Below, piece after piece: positions 25,403 to 37,059 of a DNA stretch of 64,000 nt. This DNA is from Fistulifera solaris (taxonomy: Eukaryota). Both the position numbers and the translations under genes were made by a program. The notes under the pieces were generated by a model, which was not told where the DNA came from, made no database searches, and saw nothing but the letters and a program-made list of their open reading frames with translations. The stretch is from positions 2,480,001 through 2,544,000 of the forward strand of contig AP026123.1 in the NCBI GenBank assembly GCA_030295235.1, given 5' to 3'. Numbering within the stretch: the stretch's first letter is position 1; the number at the start of each line of letters is the position of its first letter.

Positions 25403-25980
25403 TTATTGTCATGCTGGCTCGGGTTGAGGCGTAATTCAAGAAAGAAAAAACATGTCGGTGGCGTCAATATACTCGAAAGCGGACATCTAAAGCATGTCGA
25501 CGTTCTAGCGGTTCAATTTTATGCAGTTTCCTTCTATTACATGATTGTAATGCACTGCTTGCAAATTGAACTGCTACTTTGCCTCTAGGGGTAAGATACA
25601 TGCACATAAACGATGCTGTGAAATCACGTCGCATTGATGTCGCGGTGTCGATCGCCACGCTACTGACGAATAACCATGATATTCTAACATTATAAATAAA
25701 AGATAAGAAACGTTTTAATGATGTGTTTATTATTGTCATATTCGCTAGAACTGAGGCGTAATACAAAAGAAGCAGAGCATCCCCGCGACGGAAAAATACT
25801 CGAAAGTGGATATCTCACGTATTTTAGCGTTCTAGCGGTTCAAATTTTCACAGCTGTCTTTCCTTTAAATGTTTTTGATTTAGTGGTTTCAAATTGAACC
25901 GCTGGATTGTCATTTAGCAAAAGATACAAGCGCATGAATTGTCATTTCGCCATGGTCGTCGTGTAATTACCGCGTTAAGA
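25403..25980. repeat. Diverged direct repeat pair (period ~327 bp), each copy with an internal inverted repeat
   Basis: Shared TTATTGTCAT, TGAGGCGTAAT, ATACTCGAAAG, CGTTCTAGCGGTTCAA, AAATTGAAC, AAGATACA blocks starting at 25403 and 25730. Confidence 0.8.
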
Positions 25981-26120
25981 TTTTCCCTCCTTTACTATAG
26001 TGGTGTTATGTAGCTGCGTAGAAATCTGGTACAAATCTACAGAGCAATTTTTCCAGTCCCTTCCGACGTGTGACCAGCCCTTAAAAAAGTTTCACCGGTC
26101 GGTCGGACGAAGGCAAGACA

Positions 26121-26555
26121 TTTTACTATAGGCCAAAGTGTTGCCCGTGTTTACCAAGACTGCATTTCAGTCATGAACCATATTTTTCAAGCCACTTTAT
26201 GGTCGCTAAATTCTGATTGTTGGACTCAATGTGTGAAGTTTACTGCCTTCGCTGCCTCAAGAAGCATTTGCAGTGCGTGCCTTGACTCATCATGTCAAAA
26301 TGCTGTGCAGATCGTTGACTGCACTATTTACTATAGGCTCAAAGTGAAGACGACTTTTACCACGACTGCATTTGGTCATGAATCATGGGTAACTAAGGTT
26401 TTACAATACATTGTATACCAAGCCTTCGTGCGTTCGGCTCGCTTGATAAACTAGACTTCTTTTCCAAACCATACAAACACCTTCAGTAGCATTTGCAATG
26501 CATGCTTCAATGATTCATCGTGTCAAATGGATTGCAGACCGTGGAGTGCAGTAGT
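26121..26555. repeat. Diverged direct repeat pair (period ~206 bp)
   Basis: TTTACTATAGG..GACTGCATTT..GTCATGAA..AGCATTTGCA..TCATC.TGTCAAA..TGCAGA at 26121 and 26327. Confidence 0.8.
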
Positions 26556-26720
26556 CAATATGGACCCAAATTTAGATCTATGACCTATGGCCTAGACAAA
26601 GTTTTATTATAGAAGAAAACAACACCTAACATGTCCCCAATATCATTTACTCCACAAGATGTACAAGCTCTACACGACAAGTTCCCCGAATGGCGTGTCA
26701 AAAGCCTTCTTCGTTCATAC

Positions 26721-28386
26721 TCATGCCAAAAGAGCCAAAACATCCTTCGCGAAACCGTGCTTCTTGGCAATGGCATAGGGTGCCTTCCCCTTGATCTCCA
26801 TCTTCTTGGAGGCTGGATATTTCTCGACTAGAAATGCAATTATTTCTTTGGGTGTCGTTTCCACGGCGAGCGCAACGTGTAAAGGCAATTTCCCCTTGCC
26901 GTCGGCCTTTTTCACAATGTCTTTGTTTCGTTCGACGAGAAACTTTACGACGGCAAACGGCAACTCATGGAACAGGGCCAAATGCAGCGCGGTGGCCCCC
27001 GACTTGGTTTGTGTTGTACAAACGTCGGCATGAGACGACGGAGCGAGTTCTCGAATGACGGCAAGATCGGCACCCTCGCGACAAGCTATATGCAATGGCC
27101 TATTTCCTTGATCATCTTCCATATACAAGGCTTCCGGACACCGTTTGGCCAAGAAATGAATAATTACCGGAGTTGTCTCACTCCATGCAGCTGTATGCAA
27201 AGGTGTCCGTTTGTTCAGTCCAGTACTCAGCAACGAATCTGGATGCTGCTTGTACAAGAAGCGCACCATACCCTCTTCCCCGTGAAAAGCACAGGCATAA
27301 TGCAACGGACTGCCCAATCCATCATCAATGTCTTTGATAGCCTCTTTGTTTGCGGCATAACATATAACTACAGTCTTCTTGGTTCCCCCCAAAGCACAGA
27401 TCAACGACAATGGATACACCAGACTCTTCTTGCCTTTGACAATGAAATCCACTTCCAATTTCTCTTTCGCCAACCACGGATTCTTCTCCAGTAAACTCCG
27501 CGTCTTGGCGTCGTCATAGTTCTTCTTTTCTTTCTTCTTTTCGGATTCCAATTGATTTGCGCAAAGAACTCTTTCCTCACCTTGTCCTTGTCTTCCTTTT
27601 TCATCTTGGTCTTTTTCTTTTTCTCCTTACTTTCACCTTCGTCCGGTGCATCGTCCGACAAACTGTTGATGGTCAACACGGAAATGGAAGAGTGGGCGCG
27701 TCCCGGCGCTTTGCGGGTGGGAACACTGGCCGGAACAATTTTCGTGGGCGATTTGCGCACGGCGACCCGAATCTTTTGGGACTTTTCACCGGCGTCATAA
27801 GACGAATGGAGTCATCATCACTGTCACTTTCACTGTCCGATTCAATGAGTCCCTTTTTTCGTAAACGATCTTGAAATTTCGTCGACATGTTGAAGGTTTT
27901 GATGCGGCTGGCAATACTCATGTCATCGTCTTCGTCCGCGACGTGCAACCACTCGGCGTCACTTTCGTTCAACTCGGGCAAATCGGAATGCGTAAAGACG
28001 GAATGACTGGCATAACTCGCATCGTCGGGATTGATTGTCACGTATCTTGTTTTGTAGGGATTGTCCGGATCTGGTTCGAGCTTTTTCAATTCTTCTTCGG
28101 AAATACCGTATTGATTGAGACGTGATGCCGTTCCGGTCACAATCAAATCCGAGAAACTTCCGGATGCCTCGTTCAGAAAATCGTCGTCGAACTTTCCAGG
28201 AACCGGACCCGGACTGCTGAGCGACCGAAGACTGGCATTCAGTGACGCGATGGACGACACCGACCGCAGTGATGAAACGGAAGCATTGGAGACTTCTTTT
28301 GGCGCTGTCTTTTTCTTGGATGTCTTCGAGTCGCTCTCGGAGCTTTTTGTCTTGGATGACGACTTTTTCTTGGTCTTTTCGCTCAT
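26721..28386 (-). CDS. Ankyrin-repeat protein with acidic low-complexity N-terminus
   Basis: SPLHYAC, TPLHTAA, RPLHIAC, TALHLAL, LPLHVAL; three ORFs joinable by indels near 27790 and 27550. Confidence 0.8.
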
Positions 28387-29092
28387 TGTTTTAATTCTTC
28401 TTGTCGATGCTGTTAGACTTCTACGATGACAAGAATAGCATGCGCATAACAGGACGAATGAATGATAGAAGATGATAGGTCGTCAAGGTGCGCAAAGTTT
28501 GAATTTTGGAAAGGGGTTCGTAGTACTAAATGTATCACTCATGTCCCCCTCCCCGAAGAACTTTCAAACGTAAACCACGATCCAGTCATCGTACTTTTCT
28601 TGTGTTAGTCGCCACACGGTCAGCAATGACAGTAAGACCAAGTGTGACGCAGGTTGAATGTGGATTCCAAAAAATTTCTAAGTACGTGTAAATTTTACGT
28701 TTCAGATTTAACAATCATTTTGTCCCAACTAACTTTAACATGACAAAATGACTTTTAATAGTTTACAAAACTCGACAAAAACGAAAAACGTTTCACACTG
28801 GCATCTGGCATTTGTTGACAAGCGATAGTCATTTGTAGGTGGAAAGTGATTGGTACCGGAAAGACAAAGTGGATGACATTTATGTAGGTGCGCCGCGCGC
28901 CGTTTGTGATGACAACTGCATTGCGTTTCATGTTTCATCGTTTATTAAACAAAAGTGCTCCGTTTCGACTTGTTGTAGACTTATACGCATTGAAAGATCT
29001 TCTTAACTGATATCCTTCTCACGAAAGTCTAGCTCGCCAGCGCTCAACCAGTCCTACATAGAACCAGTCCTACATAGAATAGATTCAATAAT

Positions 29093-30230
29093 ATGAGCAG
29101 CCAAGACCCTCACATCAACGATCCTCTTCCCCCGGGCTGGTCTCGTGGCTTCTCCAATTCACAAAAACGAACTTTCTATTTCCATTCCGAAACCAAACAC
29201 ACACAATGGCATTTTCCGACGGCGTCCGAGGCCAAAGATCCCATGAAAGCGCTCGAACGCGCCAACGCCGCCAAGGAACGTGAGAAACGAAAAGCCGCCA
29301 CCACAGCTCCGCCCGAAGCCAAACGACCCCGCAGTGAGAGTGACAATATATTAGAAGACTTGGAGGCGAGTTCCGTGGCGATCATTGTTCCCTTTCGGGA
29401 TTTGCATGCGGCACAGAAACGCGCCGCGCATTTGCAACAATTCATTCCGCATATGGTGCAATTTCTCGGCAGCTTAACAAAGGACGGGAAGATTTCCAAC
29501 TATCACATTTACATTATTGAACAATCGGACGATCAACGCAAATTCAATCGCGGCAAGTTACTCAATATTGGTTTTGATGTCGCGCGGAAAGCGGCGGCCC
29601 GGAACCACGATGTGTTTATTTTTCACGATGTGGACCTGTTGCCGGATGCCGCTTTGGGAGATTGGTACGCGAAATTTCCAAAACGGCCCATTCACATTGC
29701 GCGGGTTTGGAAGCGCTATTCCAACAACCCCAAGTACTTTGGGGGAGCCGTCAGTTTTTCGTCGTCCGACTACAAACGGATCAACGGGGTACGTACAGAT
29801 TAAGTGTATTGCTGAGGGCGCTATCAAAAGCAATGAGCAGTTTTCTAAATTCGTTTAATACGAACAGTATCCCAACAACTATTGGGGTTGGGGTGGAGAA
29901 GATGACGAAATGCAACGTCGTTTAGAGAGACTGGGTATCACGTTTGAAGCGCCGACACGAGGTAGTCTCAAGGATTTGGAAGACATGACTCTAACAGAAA
30001 AGTTGGATTTCCTTCGATCCAACAAAGCATGGAAAAACAATGTAAAATGGGAACTGAATGACGAACACGAGAAAACGTGGAAAACGAATGGCTTAGCCGA
30101 CCTGAAATATTCTGTCTTGAAAACGACCGAATTGGAAGGCGGAAACAACCATGCCAGCAAGATCACAGTCGATGTCAAGCTAAATGGCAGTCACTGGACG
30201 AACGATAAGGTTTCGGTAGATTTAATTTAG
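29093..30230 (+). CDS. WW-domain + GT7 (beta-1,4-galactosyltransferase-like) protein
   Basis: LPPGW..FYFHSETKHTQWHFP WW domain; AIIVPFR, FNRGKLLNIGF, FHDVDLLP, YFGG, NG|YPNNYWGWGGEDD across intron 29789-29867. Confidence 0.9.
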
Positions 30231-30395
30231 TAAAATATAAAAAATAATGAAGTTGACTAGTTGCATTCAGACGATGGCTTCTAGTTAGCATTGTAATCAA
30301 ACCAGAGCACGACGCTGAAACCCAAGCACTTAAAAATTTGAGCGATTGATTCTTTTATTTGAATTTATGTGATAATATGCCTTAAGTCGTTCGGG

Positions 30396-33158
30396 CTATG
30401 ATGGTTCAGTTGGAATTTGAATGGACTTGTAATATACTCGGGCAAAATCGATAAATGATATCTTTCCACCACGTTCCGAGTCAGCCATGTCCATCCATTT
30501 AGCAAGCTCGTCGTCGTTGACGGGCCCATCCCTCGATAACCGCAGCATTACGTCACCGAGCTTTTTAACTTCAATGAACTGCTCACCGTTCACTTCGGGG
30601 AGGGATGTGAAAACATCGTACAAGTTGATCAAACTTTTCCTTGAGCAATTGAATTCTTCTGTAAGATCATTTAATCGATCATCGGGTAACCCAGGAATCG
30701 TGGCTTCAAGGGTCATTGATGAAAGCAGGTCGCGTTGAGACGAAATCATTGGCCGCAGTCTTGCAATATCTTTTTCGCGGATAGCACCTAGCAGCACAGC
30801 AAATCGAAGTGCGCTCTCGGTTCGTTCGCTGACGACATCAGTCGCCCCTGCCTCCAACAACTCGGTCTTCCCGAGAAGTTGGCCACTCACAGCGCGAGCG
30901 TAAATGGGCGTTCCTGGTGGCAGCCATTCTCGAAGACGTTCCGTGGCTTCTAAACGCTTTGCCTCAGACCGAAACGCTATTACTACTCCTTTTGGGGATT
31001 TTATTCCAGCTGCTCTAAGCAAATCTGGCGAAGCAGCATCCCCGAAAACAACATTATCGCCGGATAACAGACCGGCAGCAACCCTAGATGGGTTCAAGTC
31101 GAATGCAACAACACCGCCATTTTTCGTAGCCCCAGAAGCTTTCAAAACAGCAAACATTTTTCTTCCGAACTCGGTGTAGCCGCAAATGACAATGGCATCC
31201 GGTGCAATGTCCGCGGCAGGGCCAACCGTCTCTCCTTCACCTGATGGGACTGTCAATGCACTTGCAAGCAACCCTTTCTCCAGTCCAGCCAACCATTCTT
31301 CTTTCGATATGGTTCCATCACCGTTAGTGTCGAACGCCACAAAGAACTCCGCTATTGAGATATAGCTGAGTCCTCGCTCTACCAGAGCCGATCGCAACTC
31401 CTCAAAATCTATTGTCCCCGAGTCATCCGTATCAATTCTAGAGAACAACTCCATAGCCTCTGCTAACGGAACCCCACCGTCCGCGCCCTCACTGCTTTGG
31501 TCGAGTCTGTCAAGATACTCTCCGGTAATCTGTGCGATTTCGCCGAGGAAGGGCGTTAATGCCATAGAAATGATGACGGTGGCTACCAAAAATTTGTAGA
31601 GCTCGGTCGGCAAAACTCCCAAATCTCGGGCAAGATTGAAGAGAACCAACGAAAATTCACCTCCACCGGAAAGAGTAATAGCAACTCGTGCAGCCTGGGC
31701 ACGCGTTCGTCCCAAAGGGAGCGAGGCGCCGTAAAGAACAATAGCTTTAGCCGCTATGAACATTGTAATACCGATAATCAGAGTCGGAAGATCTTCCAAC
31801 ACCACTGCTGGGTCCACGCTGGCTCCCGCCGTCATAAAGAAGATGCCCAATAAGATGCCTTCAAACGGGCGCACATCGGCCTTGATTTGTGCTCGGTATC
31901 GGTTATTGGCCAGCAGCACACCCGCGGCAAACGCACCGGTGGTGGCCGAAAGTCCCAAAAAGTCCGCCGCCTGTCCCATACCCAAAGCGACCAAAAGGGC
32001 CGCGGCCACGAACGTCTCGGTCGACCGCGCCGCCGCCACGGCATCAAACACGTATCGCAACAAAACGGAACCAATGTACAGAACCGCCCCGAATCCAATC
32101 GTCGCTTTCGCGGCCAGAATCCCCAATTCCGTCCCGGATTGAGGTCCGGAACCCGCCACGAGCGGCAACAGCACCAACAACGGTGCGACGGCCAAATCTT
32201 GCAGCAGCAATACCGAGAACGCCGCAATGCCTTCGGTTTTCTCTTTCCATCCCTTCTCGGCTAATACGGGGAGCACAAATGCGGACGACGAGAGCGCACC
32301 CGCGGACGCAATACAAAAGGCCAAGGTCGGTGATTCAAAGATTTGTTCAATGTAATCGTCCATTTGCAAAATCGGTGCGACGTATTGCAAAATAATGGGC
32401 TCGAGCAAGAGCAAGCCAAAGAAGAAGATGGACATGGAAACGAGAATTTGAGCCACGCCCAGTGTTCCGAAGGCCCCCAATCGTTTGAGTCGTTCGGGTG
32501 ATAAATTGAGACCTTCACTGAATAGCAAAAACAAAATACCGATATCCCCCAACTCAAAGGCGGCCTCTTTGTTGGCAAAGGCATCCAAACAGTAGGGACC
32601 CATGAAATAGCCGGCCGCAATAAAGCCGAGGACGGGCGTGACACGAAAATATTTGGCCAACGGAACGACGGCTACGGTGGCCGCCAAAAAGATTAAAATA
32701 TCTTGACCCAGACTTTCGAGCGCATCTTTGGTGACGACATCGTGCACATTATTGTCATGAATTACAGCCGTGTCCGGAGACAACACGACATCACTGGCCG
32801 TGGCCAATCCTTGACTGATGGTGTGTATGACGCTGTGCGTAGTTGTTGATACGGGTTCCAGCAGATCGACAAAGGGAGGTAACATGGTAGCGCTGGCTTG
32901 TAGAAAACTGGTAGCCGCATCGAGAAAGCTGTCCGGTGAGAATATATGCAGTTGCGTGGTCACTTTCCTCCTTAATTTTGGGTCTCGATATACCAGATTT
33001 CTGTGTCTTCCATATGTTTTTGTGTGAAACGCGTCACACAACGAGATTATTGTGTGCAAAACGAGCAGCAAGCCCATTGAAGGCACAATAAAGCGACCGT
33101 GTCTCCGTCTCGATTTCCAATCCTTTCTGTCATCGTGCTCAGCACTGTAGGAAACCAT
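30396..33158 (-). CDS. KEA3: Plastid K+/H+ antiporter (CPA2, KEA3-like) with EF-hands and RCK domain
   Basis: Signal peptide ending CDA-F, LSSSAFVL, LLLQDLAV, GAFAAGVLL, GGEFSLV; EF loops DTDDSGTIDFEE and DTNGDGTISKEE; VVFGDA RCK. Confidence 0.88.
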   Translation of the reverse strand: MVSYSAEHDDRKDWKSRRRHGRFIVPSMGLLLVLHTIISLCDAFHTKTYGRHRNLVYRDPKLRRKVTTQLHIFSPDSFLDAATSFLQASATMLPPFVDLLEPVSTTTHSVIHTISQGLATASDVVLSPDTAVIHDNNVHDVVTKDALESLGQDILIFLAATVAVVPLAKYFRVTPVLGFIAAGYFMGPYCLDAFANKEAAFELGDIGILFLLFSEGLNLSPERLKRLGAFGTLGVAQILVSMSIFFFGLLLLEPIILQYVAPILQMDDYIEQIFESPTLAFCIASAGALSSSAFVLPVLAEKGWKEKTEGIAAFSVLLLQDLAVAPLLVLLPLVAGSGPQSGTELGILAAKATIGFGAVLYIGSVLLRYVFDAVAAARSTETFVAAALLVALGMGQAADFLGLSATTGAFAAGVLLANNRYRAQIKADVRPFEGILLGIFFMTAGASVDPAVVLEDLPTLIIGITMFIAAKAIVLYGASLPLGRTRAQAARVAITLSGGGEFSLVLFNLARDLGVLPTELYKFLVATVIISMALTPFLGEIAQITGEYLDRLDQSSEGADGGVPLAEAMELFSRIDTDDSGTIDFEELRSALVERGLSYISIAEFFVAFDTNGDGTISKEEWLAGLEKGLLASALTVPSGEGETVGPAADIAPDAIVICGYTEFGRKMFAVLKASGATKNGGVVAFDLNPSRVAAGLLSGDNVVFGDAASPDLLRAAGIKSPKGVVIAFRSEAKRLEATERLREWLPPGTPIYARAVSGQLLGKTELLEAGATDVVSERTESALRFAVLLGAIREKDIARLRPMISSQRDLLSSMTLEATIPGLPDDRLNDLTEEFNCSRKSLINLYDVFTSLPEVNGEQFIEVKKLGDVMLRLSRDGPVNDDELAKWMDMADSERGGKISFIDFARVYYKSIQIPTEPS

Positions 33159-33671
33159 TTGTTGGTAGATTGAGGTTCCTTATGAACCTTTCTTTACATA
33201 AAACAACAAACTGCGTTGTTCAAAGACCTTCTTCGGATGAGGCAAAGGTATTCTGCCACCGTTTCATCATCATCGCCGCAACGAGAAACGCTGACGATTT
33301 TGGCGTTGTTTTGTTGCTTCGTCGTTGTCTCGGGTTGAGACAGCTGTCGAGGTGGCGAATGGTGATCTCACGAAGGTTGAGGTTCAATGCATGCTAAGGA
33401 TGACGTGTTCTACGACACAATGAGTGAGTCCTGAGTCTCAGCGTCTGTCAGTCTACCCCCATCGTTTTCGACGGCGCGTTTTTTCTGGTAGACTTTGTAC
33501 AGGCTTCTACGTGTACACAAAGACTATCAGTTGTAACTAGTACAAACTCTACGTGAAACGGATTGGAGGCAACTTTCATCACAATGGCTGCGCTTTCTTT
33601 GCACTCACAATCTTGTTGTGATTCTTGTATTTCATCGCTTTGCAAACAAACAAATAATCAACATCGTAATC

Positions 33672-34159
33672 ATGTCTGGAAAAGGTAAGCATTGTTGTAG
33701 ATGGCACATGCATCGCGACGCTCCGATTTGCTGACACTTGCGAATCAATCATCATCATTGACAGATAAAGGAGGCAAAGGCAAGGGCAAGGGCGGCCGAG
33801 GTGAAAAGAAATCCACCAGCAGTTCCACCAAAGCCGGTTTGCAATTCCCCGTCGGTCGTATCGGACGTTATTTGCGTCAAGGCAAGTACGCGACGCGCAT
33901 GGGAGCCGGTGCTCCCGTGTATTTGGCGGCCGTGTTGGAATATTTGTGCGCCGAAATTTTGGAATTGTCGGGCAATGCCGCCCGTGACAACAAAAAGACG
34001 CGCATTGTGCCCCGTCACATTACATTGGCCGTCAAGAATGATGAAGAATTGAACAAATTGTTGGGTGGTGTCACCATTGCGTCGGGAGGAGTCTTGCCCA
34101 ACATTCATGCCGTGTTGTTGCCGAAAAAGGTCAAGCCGTCGGCGTCGCAAAACTACTAG
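33672..34159 (+). CDS. H2A: Histone H2A, H2A.X-like C-terminal SQ motif
   Basis: [36 protein letters not shown]; intron 33685-33764; ends SASQNY. Confidence 0.96.
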
Positions 34160-34354
34160 ACGAAGAAAGGAAGAGGTATCATCCTGACTTTTACAACCAT
34201 TTCTTCTCCGATCGCTCAGCTACAGTACTACGGGGTCGTACCTTGGGGAACGCAAAAGTATTTCATGGGTAGTTGGGTCGGTGTAAAATATAATCTCACA
34301 TTCATATATCTCTATTTATTTATGACTGTTGTTTTGCCTTCTTATTCTTAAGCC

Positions 34355-36154
34355 TCATGCCAATCTCGGCTCTTCGTTTCTCCTGATTCTTTCGCTTCGC
34401 GGCAAGCTCAGTTTTTGTTTCGCTTCGAGCAAAGCCGCCAGTCGGCGGCGGATGCGCGTCACATCCCCTGCACCGAATAGGCCAAAAATCCCAGCAATAG
34501 ATGAAATTTGGCTTCCTTGTCGTCGAAAGTTCGACTCAAATCACAAACCAACGGACGCGAGTGAGCGACTGCTTTGCTCTCCGAAAAGTCGTCCGAATCA
34601 TCATCCTCATCCTCGGGAAACAAACTCGACAAAGTTTCAAAGCCATACCACACGCGACTCTTGGCAAAGAGTCGTTGACGATCCAAAAAATCCAAATAGT
34701 GTTCAATATCCCCATGGGTCAAATGCGCAAAATGACATTCATTCCACGGAATGTTGACTTTGCCCGAAAGACGAAACGACCAGGACATCCACTGTGGGTC
34801 CATCAAACACGCCAAGGCCACCAGGGCCAAAAAGTCTTCGGTGCGACTAAAGTGATCCAACGAAAGTCCCGGCCATGGTGTCACGCCTTCTTCGAGTCCC
34901 AATAAACCCAAGGATCGCTGGTAAATGACGGCCGGCAACTGCGTCTGCTTCACCAAAAACTTCAACATGGCCGGGATGGCCGACACGGAATGAAAGATGA
35001 CTTCTTGATGCGTCTCGGACCAATTGTTACAAGTTTTCATTTGACACGCGGCCGCCAACCACGTCGTCAAATCTTCCAATGTCCGTGGTCGTGGTGCACA
35101 CGGAACGGCAAAGAAGGAGGATTGCAAGAAGGTAGCTTTGCGTTGCAAGTGCGGCGGCAATAAAGCGAATGCTCGCAACAAGGGACTCTGGGACATCCAT
35201 TGACACGCTTGAAAACTGGTAATCCCTTGTTTGGAACATGCCAACCACACTATGGCCATTATTAAATCCATCGATGGTTCGATGCGCAGCGCCGCTCGTT
35301 TGTAATCGGATCGTTCCCCCAAGGACGCAATCAAACGTTCCACGGTCATTTTTTTTGGTCGATGGGGTTTTGAGTGGACGTTTGCGAGTCGTTTTGCCGG
35401 TGGATTTTTTCGGGGTAGGAACTGTTGCGGATGGGGCAGTTGTTTTCGTATCCTTAACGTCAGCTCGGTCGTTCGATTCGTCGTCTTCTTGTTTGATACT
35501 AGCTTTATTCTTGCGTTCCTCGGTCAATTGCTCCTCGACTTTACGTTTCGACCAGTACGCGAGATTGGCCATCACCAATCCACGCGTCGCGGACGGCAAG
35601 AACAAGTCGCGAAAGGAAAAGCGCCACACGGGATACTTTTCGCCCATCTCCTGGGCGCCTTCCTTCCACGCACACAAGTAACGCAACCACAAGCGTTGCA
35701 CCGTTTGTAAATAATCGTGACGCTCGTGGATTGTACGCAATTGCAGTACTTGGATAGCAAACAATCGAGCGGCTTCCATGATTACATGACTCATGGCTTC
35801 CAAACACACTTCTAAATTGGGCAACGGCTGCGATTGATCCAATTCTTCGAGCGGCCGTTTTCCCTGCTTGGTGGCACCACCATAACTCGGTCGCATCGCT
35901 TTCAAGGCGGTTCCCCGACGCGCCGCCAACACATGAATGTCATCTTCATCGACTTCTTGTGTCACATTGACTTGCGATTGCGTGAAACACGACGTACACA
36001 CGTCTTGTCCACTGGTGGGATCGTGATACGAATCGGTACTGCCACAATGTTCGCACTGAAACTGTGGTTGACTGAATTGACTGAGATGCGATTCGCGACC
36101 AATTTTGATGTCGTCGTCATCGTCTTCTTCCCACCAGTTGAATGAAGAAGACAT
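34355..36154 (-). CDS. Probable RNA polymerase I initiation factor RRN7/TAF1B-like
   Basis: N-terminal zinc ribbon CEHC..CTSC, V.RLWLRYL motif and helical cyclin-like region; frameshifts near 35350 and 34470. Confidence 0.55.
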
Positions 36155-36506
36155 ACTATGTTGAGAAAAGAAGGAGAAGTAGTTACGAACTTGTCATTAT
36201 CACGCGAGAAAGACAAAACAAAACGAAGGTTGTCGCGTTTTTTCTGCGTGCTTTTTCTTTTTTCGTGCCGGTGCGCGGTAACGTCCTTAGTGCGCGGTGC
36301 ATGAATCGAATAAACGGTAAACCCACAACAAGAGGTTCCGTTTGGCGTCTCTTGCATCCGTCCAATGTTGTCAGATTGAGGGTCTGGACGTCAATCAGAG
36401 TGGCTTATATATCATGGATCGGGGGTAGAAATACGACGTGATTGGGATGGCTCTGTGGTTCAATTCCACAGTACGTTAGTATTTTTTTAAAACATAATGT
36501 CATATC

Positions 36507-36909
36507 ATTATAATTTCTGGTAAACCAGGTCGCAACAATGATGATTCTGAGCTACTTGTTAAGAGATTTCTTTATTTTCACGTTGAAAATCCGAGGATCG
36601 ACACCTTGAATTTTTACTATAAAACGGAGTGTTAGTTTACCCCATCCAAGACTGGATTGTACAGCAGTCATGAATCGAACAACAAAGGGTTCCGCGTTTT
36701 GCGTCTCTCGTATCCATCCATTTTCATTCAACTGCGAATACAATTATAATTTCGGGTAAACAACGTCGCAACAATGATGATGATTCTGAAATACTTGTTT
36801 AAAGTTTCTTTTATTTATACGTTGAAAATCCGAGGATCGACACCTTGAATTTTCACTATGAAACGGAGTGTCGGTTTACCCCATCCAAGACTGGATTGTA
36901 CAGTAGTCA
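36507..36909. repeat. Direct repeat pair, ~165-bp unit, period ~237 bp
   Basis: Near-identical ACGTTGAAAATCCGAGGATCGACACCTTGAATTTT and TTTACCCCATCCAAGACTGGATTGTACAG blocks. Confidence 0.92.
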
Positions 36910-37059
36910 AGTAACGCAATTGCTTGATTTATCGCGATGCCTTTCACAATAACAAAACGTCGCCTTTGACATCAAAACAAAACATTGCCTACTCCATCAC
37001 CATCCTTTGCTCGTCCTACTATACTAGATGAAATCAATAAACAGGTGTTTCTGCTTCGT

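Noticed and set aside
33755..34150. Long antisense ORFs over H2A, RPL7A, EF-Tu, KEA3 and the ALDH genes
   Set aside because: Shadow frames from codon bias, with no domain signal.
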